DNA of 6,834 nt from a virus. Both the position numbers and the translations under genes were made by a program. The DNA is taken from positions 1 to 6,834 of the IMG/VR virus record IMGVR_UViG_3300045988_013754. One strand, 5' to 3'. Of the stretch, positions 1 through 3,795 are shown in pieces (the first letter of the stretch is position 1; the number at the start of each line of letters is the position of its first letter). A model generated the notes under the pieces. That model did not search any database. It saw only the letters and a list, made by a program, of their open reading frames with translations, and was not told the DNA's origin.

Positions 1-119
1 ACTCAATCCAAAAGAATTTCCATAAACAGAAACATCCGCAAAACTATTAACAAAATTACCATAACGAAGCATCATAAGTAATTTTGCAGAAAGAGAGGCA
101 GTATTAAAACCAAAAAAAT
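1..119. repeat. Terminal direct repeat, identical to 6716-6834. It is the circular-genome overlap of the contig, giving a unit genome length of 6715 nt.
   Basis: Base-by-base comparison: actcaatccaaaagaatttccataaacag...aaaaccaaaaaaat occurs at both ends (119/119 identical). The repeat lies inside the capsid gene, so it is an assembly or permutation overlap and not a biological terminal repeat. Confidence 0.97.
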
Positions 120-558
120 TCAAAACAGAAGGAGATTCAGCCTGGCCGGTACCATACATATTTTTTAAAAGATCAGTAAGGGACACAGTAGAACCACTAC
201 AAATAAAATAAGGAATATCATTAGTAACAATCTTATTGGTACTAATGCCTGATGCCTGAACAGGGTTATTCTGCATATTCATAAGAGCCTGAGGAAGGTT
301 CTTATTAATCAAACGCAAAGGTACAAAATACCAATCCAAATACTCACGGATACGGGTATACGCAGCTGTATTCACAGGCTGTGTACGGGTAAACAATTGG
401 TGACGAATATTGAATTTGTCACCGGGATAAACCAGTTTGTAATAAACTGGCAAAAGCTCACCAGCCTTGCTGGTGAAGCAGATACGACGAGAGAGATCGA
501 AACCGGACCTGTGAGGATGATTCCGAACATCTCCATAAGAAAATAAACTTGAAGCCAT
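1..558 (-). CDS. VP1: Major capsid protein VP1 (F-like), N-terminal part. It continues across the circular junction into 6715..5411, giving 620 aa when joined.
   Basis: Absent from the ORF track because it runs off the window edge. The reverse complement from ATG 558-556 reads MASSLFSYGDVRNHPHRSGFDLSRRICFTSKAGELLPVYYKLVYPGDKFNIRHQLFTRTQPVNTAAYTRIREYLDWYFVPLRLINK... with no stop down to base 1. It is in frame with the MMLRYG ORF (base 75 equals base 6790; 558-75=483=161 codons). The pattern RSGFDLS / GELxP / PGDxF / FxRTxP / DxYFVPxRL is the hallmark N-terminus of Microviridae capsid proteins. Confidence 0.93.
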   Translation of the reverse strand, partial: MASSLFSYGDVRNHPHRSGFDLSRRICFTSKAGELLPVYYKLVYPGDKFNIRHQLFTRTQPVNTAAYTRIREYLDWYFVPLRLINKNLPQALMNMQNNPVQASGISTNKIVTNDIPYFICSGSTVSLTDLLKNMYGTGQAESPSVLNFFGFNTASLSAKLLMMLRYGNFVNSFADVSVYGNSFGLS

Positions 559-562
559 AAAA

Positions 563-784
563 TTAAGTTTCGCGATAATAGATATCGCCTAAATTAACAA
601 CTGAATAAAAGGATTCTGCATAATGAAAATCCGAAAGAATCTGATTCAGCTTCGCAACCTTATGAGAAAATTCCGTAAAAGATCGAGCATTCAAATAAAT
701 CTCAGTCACAAGATAAAACTGATTATCTTCCAACATATTAGAAGACTGATACAAATACGCTTTGTAAGGACGACGACTAGACAT
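563..784 (-). CDS. Hypothetical small protein (73 aa) between VP4 and VP1
   Basis: ATG at 784-782 overlaps the VP4 stop by 8 nt (AATGTCTAG). Its stop TAA 565-563 lies 4 nt before the VP1 ATG. Tight same-strand packing suggests translational coupling. I recognise no motif; the N-terminus is basic (MSSRRPYK). Confidence 0.6.
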   Translation of the reverse strand: MSSRRPYKAYLYQSSNMLEDNQFYLVTEIYLNARSFTEFSHKVAKLNQILSDFHYAESFYSVVNLGDIYYRET

Positions 785-2378
785 TATAATTGGCTCTCTT
801 TGTAAAGAAATTATTCATATCGTTAAGATGACGATGCTTCACCTTCGAATGCACAAGAGCAGAAAGTTTCGTACGACAAACAGAACCTAAACCTGATTCT
901 GCAAATTCTTTTTGTCTTTCTTCGGTCTGATTCCAAAAAATATCCGACCAATCGCTCTCAAAAGCCTGAGAATCTGAAAAAAGATCGTGGAGACTTTGTT
1001 TTTCTCTAACATCAAAAAATTCTTTAGATAACTTAATAGCGGAATAAATCCTATTATAATCTACTCGCGGAGAGAAAAGAGAGAATCCCATCGAAGACAA
1101 GAATCTCTCACAATGACGGAAAAATATATAAAAGCGACTACAAAAAGATCGCTCAAAAAATTCATCACCAAGAGCACCCCGGGTAGGATCAATATGAAGA
1201 AACTGCATAGTATCAGTCATAACAGAATCTTCTGACAACTCTTTTACTGTTTGGGTCTGTCTGTCAGACGCGTAATAATGCTGGTAGATGAGCCGGGGGA
1301 TTTGAAAGATAGATGACTTCCAATAGGCTGGCCGTTGGCAAATATTCCGAGCATGTCGTAATACCTCAACATATTCAGATACAGTGCGACGGCCGTGTGC
1401 GACGGGTCGAAAAAAGCAGGTATCGATAATCGAGCTCCATGGCCGAATAACTCTATACTTGCCATTGACCGGGACGCTGACTCCATCAAGGAGCTTAGAA
1501 AAATTTCCCTTCCTACCTTCTTCAATGGAAGATGAAAAGAAATGAAATCCAAAATGGTTAGAGAATCGTGCAAAAGGGCGAATGCAACGATTTTCTTTGA
1601 AATGTAAGGGAAGAGACGTAAAACTATTAAGATATCCCGCAACGTACGACTCAGCCTGTCCTCGGGACGCAGAGCAATCGACACGTCCAAATTTCCAGCA
1701 TGAATTAACAACTCGGATAAAATTCTTGGCGAGTTTGTCGGAGTCAAAGAAAAATAAGATATGGAAATGCGGGCGGAAAGAGACGGGTCCGTACTCTCCC
1801 ACAATGTATGTATGTAACTTTTCATTTTCGGGATTTAAATCACGTAAGAGAATTTGCTTACGTACACGTTTCATAAATAACGAGAGGTCCTTATGGCAAA
1901 GAAAACCATAACGACCAGCATATTGAGGGTATTTACCTTTAAAAGATAAATCTGCCTGACGGGAATAACGATTCCAATACTCTTTCTTACAAGAAAAATC
2001 AAACTCAAATGACTGATCCATCGCTAAGCCGAGAACAGGCCGCACATGCTTAACACCATGAAAAGTGAAAGTACGAGTAAGCCTACGACGAGGACGAACA
2101 AAAGCATGCACAGCAATATTATCTTCGTCGATCTCCTGAGTTTCAACTTCGTAATAAGGGATAAACTCATTCTTATAAGTGAGACTAACAAAGTAACAAT
2201 ATTTTGAAACAAACTTTTGAGCATAAATACGATTTTCAGAAAGAATGGATTTAGAAACTCTACAAGCATCACAGACACCACAGGGAACGAGAATAATATC
2301 ACCTGTATAAGGATTAATGACTTCACGTTTGTGCTGACACTCCGTATAAAATTTATTAACGAACTCTGCAGTATCCAT
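777..2378 (-). CDS. VP4: Replication initiation protein VP4 (rolling-circle HUH endonuclease, phiX174 A-like)
   Basis: 533-aa ORF with an N-terminal Cys cluster (VPCGVCDACR), RCR motif 1 (FVSLTY), HUH motif 2 (RPHFHILFF) and a Tyr motif 3 region (ESYVAGYLNS). This is the standard motif set and order for Microviridae Rep. Confidence 0.93.
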   Translation of the reverse strand: MDTAEFVNKFYTECQHKREVINPYTGDIILVPCGVCDACRVSKSILSENRIYAQKFVSKYCYFVSLTYKNEFIPYYEVETQEIDEDNIAVHAFVRPRRRLTRTFTFHGVKHVRPVLGLAMDQSFEFDFSCKKEYWNRYSRQADLSFKGKYPQYAGRYGFLCHKDLSLFMKRVRKQILLRDLNPENEKLHTYIVGEYGPVSFRPHFHILFFFDSDKLAKNFIRVVNSCWKFGRVDCSASRGQAESYVAGYLNSFTSLPLHFKENRCIRPFARFSNHFGFHFFSSSIEEGRKGNFSKLLDGVSVPVNGKYRVIRPWSSIIDTCFFRPVAHGRRTVSEYVEVLRHARNICQRPAYWKSSIFQIPRLIYQHYYASDRQTQTVKELSEDSVMTDTMQFLHIDPTRGALGDEFFERSFCSRFYIFFRHCERFLSSMGFSLFSPRVDYNRIYSAIKLSKEFFDVREKQSLHDLFSDSQAFESDWSDIFWNQTEERQKEFAESGLGSVCRTKLSALVHSKVKHRHLNDMNNFFTKRANYNV

Positions 2379-2389
2379 GATGTAAAAAC

Positions 2390-2632
2390 CTAGTCTTTAT
2401 CGTTTAACAAAAGATAAAGATTTTCCTCGGGGAAGGAATCAAATACAAGCACGTTACCGGAACTAGGTTTTAAATTTTCATGCAGAAAGTGAAGTAATTC
2501 ACCTTCTTCAACAACATAGATCACAGGCTCCTGAGGACGCTGAGGATCGTTGGATTTCGAATGTTTAGCTACTTTAAATAACATATCTATAAATAATTGA
2601 TTACAACACAAAAATAGAACAAAATAAGACAT
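2390..2632 (-). CDS. Hypothetical small protein. It is 80 aa from ATG 2632; the track ORF uses TTG 2638; the alternative ATG 2584 gives 64 aa.
   Basis: The ORF ends at TAG 2392-2390, 11 nt before the VP4 ATG. The first 18-20 residues are strongly hydrophobic (MSYFVLFLCCNQLFIDMLF). A Bacteroidetes-type promoter match lies inside that stretch, which would favour the 2584 start (MLFKVAKHSKSNDPQRP...). No recognisable domain. Confidence 0.45.
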   Translation of the reverse strand: MSYFVLFLCCNQLFIDMLFKVAKHSKSNDPQRPQEPVIYVVEEGELLHFLHENLKPSSGNVLVFDSFPEENLYLLLNDKD

Positions 2633-2639
2633 TAGCAAA
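2609..2639 (-). promoter_or_regulatory. Candidate Bacteroidetes-type promoter (TTTG - 19 nt - TAttTTTG) upstream of the 64-aa ORF and VP4
   Basis: On the - strand, TTTG lies at 2639..2636, followed by a 19-nt spacer and TATTTTTG at 2616..2609. This matches the published Bacteroides consensus TTTG-N19-21-TAnnTTTG. The next in-frame ATG (2584) is 24 nt downstream. The region is AT-rich, so a chance match is possible. Confidence 0.3.
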
Positions 2640-2686
2640 AAAATAAGTATGAATAATTTTCATAGAAGGTATAAAATAAAATAATA

Positions 2687-3310
2687 CCTCCACTGTGACC
2701 TCGCGATACCGACTCGCGAGTCGGACACTACGTGTCCTCCCGGGAATAAACTTTTGTTCATTTGCTCGTCTAGCTCGGTCACGCCAACGCACAATGGATT
2801 CTTCGAATCCAGTGGGATGGGGGGTGTCACTTTTGCATAGTAAGGACAAGAGGGTTGAATCGATGAAGGTAACATCGATTCCCTTCGGGCAAAAGTGTAG
2901 GCTTCACTAAATCCTCCGTGCACACGGCTTCGCCAAACAACGTTTAAAGGATGACAAATCCTACGGACCGGAACAGTAAAGAAATTCTTAACGGCTTCTA
3001 AGGAAGCCTAAATTCCTTTCCTGCTCCTTTTGTCTTTTATTATCCGGCCTGTGGCCGGCGCTCCGCTTGTAGACCATTCGGTCTGTTCCGGGCGCAGCAT
3101 CGCGCCCTACACGGAACCTAACGTGACTGAACATGACGTAATGGATGTTTACGGGTCAGCTTCGCTGACGGCATGAGACGTGGTTAACACAAAGCAAAGA
3201 AAGAGCGCCGCAAGAGTAAGACACTATACTCAAGGGCGCTAGGATGTTTACCGGATTCCGAGACTCACTTCGTTCGCTCTCTCACTCGGTTAATGGTGCC
3301 TTCGGCAGTA
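2687..3310 (-). ncRNA. Large GC-rich, ORF-free, multi-hairpin element of unknown family. It is a candidate structured ncRNA and/or an ssDNA-folded site. Strand assignment is tentative.
   Basis: No ORF of 60 aa or more in any frame across 2924-3380; the three short ORFs over 2601-2923 overlap each other and coincide with hairpins.

Hand-counted G+C is 37/60 (3061-3120) and 32/60 (2701-2760). Flanks give 12/60 (3661-3720) and 23/60 (3421-3480).

At least 14 local perfect stems:
- 2701-2706/2714-2719
- 2723-2737
- 2795-2811
- 2857-2881 (9 bp)
- 2881-2889
- 2926-2934
- 2948-2962
- 2993-3008
- 3044-3058 (6 GC pairs)
- 3071-3084
- 3085-3117 (5+6 bp with a bulge)
- 3137-3153
- 3155-3169
- 3204-3240 (6+5 bp)
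- 3297-3307

A possible closing helix is 2695-2700/2777-2782. The - strand is chosen because all genes, and hence the expected transcription, are on that strand. Confidence 0.5.
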
Positions 3311-3380
3311 GTTTAATAAGTCTTCTTTGATCCAGTGTACTAGAAACAAAAAGCAAATTTTCTTTAGTCATAGCAGCAAA

Positions 3381-3656
3381 TTAAAAATAAAGGTAACAAT
3401 TTCCAATCTTTAAACCATAAGGACTTGGCAAAGTCCGCTGGGAATCAAGTGAACACCGAAAATAAAATTTAATCATATCACCGGGGAAGAGTTTCCTCAA
3501 TGAATTTGCTGTAGAATGCGAATTGTTCCTACTAAAATCATAAACAGGAATCAATTTACCATCTCCAATTACCGCGAAGACGGCACAATCCTGAAAAACA
3601 GAATAAATAACTTCCGCTTCGTTAAAACTAGTTTCTAATAATCTAATGCTTTTCAT
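3381..3656 (-). CDS. Hypothetical protein (91 aa), first gene after the terminator and immediately upstream of the structured element
   Basis: ATG at 3656-3654 lies 23 nt downstream of a TAccTTTG promoter motif; stop TAA at 3383-3381. Composition is ordinary and not low-complexity. No recognisable domain. Confidence 0.55.
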   Translation of the reverse strand: MKSIRLLETSFNEAEVIYSVFQDCAVFAVIGDGKLIPVYDFSRNNSHSTANSLRKLFPGDMIKFYFRCSLDSQRTLPSPYGLKIGNCYLYF

Positions 3657-3679
3657 ATCCTTTGTTTTTAATTACATTA

Positions 3680-3709
3680 CAAAGGTAGCATTTTATTATG
3701 AATAGCAAA
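3680..3709 (-). promoter_or_regulatory. Candidate Bacteroidetes-type promoter (TTTG - 18 nt - TAccTTTG) for the 91-aa ORF and the downstream element
   Basis: On the - strand, TTTG lies at 3709..3706 and TACCTTTG at 3687..3680 (an exact TAnnTTTG match), with the ATG at 3656. A sigma70-like TTGACA (3743..3738) plus CATTAT 18 nt downstream also lies just upstream. The site sits directly after the terminator, where a restart promoter is expected. Confidence 0.35.
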
Positions 3710-3760
3710 CAATATAATGTTAAATAACATTTAATAATGTCAATCGAGTCAGGTAAATTT

Positions 3761-3790
3761 GAAAAACCCTTCCGGCTATAAACCGGAAGG
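3761..3790 (-). terminator. Rho-independent terminator after VP2
   Basis: The - strand reads CCTTCCGG-TTTATAG-CCGGAAGG (8-bp perfect stem 3768-3775/3783-3790, 7-nt loop) followed by GTTTTTC. It starts 5 nt after the VP2 stop. It is the only canonical terminator I see, consistent with one long unidirectional transcription unit. Confidence 0.75.
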
Positions 3791-3795
3791 ATTAA

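Noticed and set aside
2795-2811. TTCGAAT (T-loop-like) in ggattcttcgaatcc, plus the many TTCG strings, considered as a possible tRNA cluster or tmRNA
   Set aside because: No 5-bp T-stem flanks a 7-nt TTCRANN loop on either strand. There is no acceptor, D or anticodon arm arrangement and no CCA-proximal acceptor pairing. The sequence forms a simple 7-bp triloop hairpin instead.
2601-2923. Track ORFs 2601-2849 (-), 2660-2923 (-) and 2695-2910 (+), of 71-87 aa, inside the GC-rich region
   Set aside because: They overlap one another in different frames and strands, and they coincide with perfect hairpins. They have no promoter or coupling context, and their products look like off-frame noise. 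The rest of the element (2924-3380) has no ORF at all, and stops of all three kinds are frequent, so a recoded genetic code does not rescue them.
2968-3030. Partial resemblance to RNase P RNA conserved regions (GCAGGAAAGGA on the - strand; ACAGTAAAG...ACGGCTTC on the + strand)
   Set aside because: The two resemblances lie on opposite strands. Each breaks down after 6-8 nt (there is no GUCCGGGC continuation and no ACAGAANCCGGCUUA). The P4 pseudoknot partners are absent.
3044-3058. Strong GC hairpin CCGGCC-TGT-GGCCGG as an intrinsic terminator
   Set aside because: No T-run follows the stem on either strand (the - strand continues ATAATAAAAGAC, the + strand CGCTCCGC). It is therefore treated as part of the structured element.
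2881-3307. Reading the CTTCG hairpins as RNA cUUCGg tetraloops on the + strand
   Set aside because: With UUCG as the loop, the closing C-G pair and the next pair fail in five of six cases. Only 2882-2889 can form a two-pair cUUCGg. The triloop register gives perfect 3-7 bp stems in all of them.
2639-3380. Group I intron splitting a single gene into the 91-aa and 64-82 aa ORFs
   Set aside because: I could not find a P7/P3/P8 core, a guanosine-binding pocket context, or conserved R/Q/S-like elements on either strand. The two ORFs give no recognisable joined protein, and each has its own promoter-like site. The idea cannot be excluded without a covariance-model scan.
3715-3731. dif-like XerD arm TAATGTTAAAT (10/11 to E. 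coli TTATGTTAAAT) next to a short inverted repeat AATGTT-aaat-AACATT
   Set aside because: There is only one arm, and no XerC-type arm lies at the canonical 6-bp spacing (the upstream 11-mer atgaatagcaa does not resemble one). My rough estimate is that a one-mismatch hit to an AT-rich 11-mer in an AT-rich spacer is not significant. It is worth rechecking only if proviral junctions are found.
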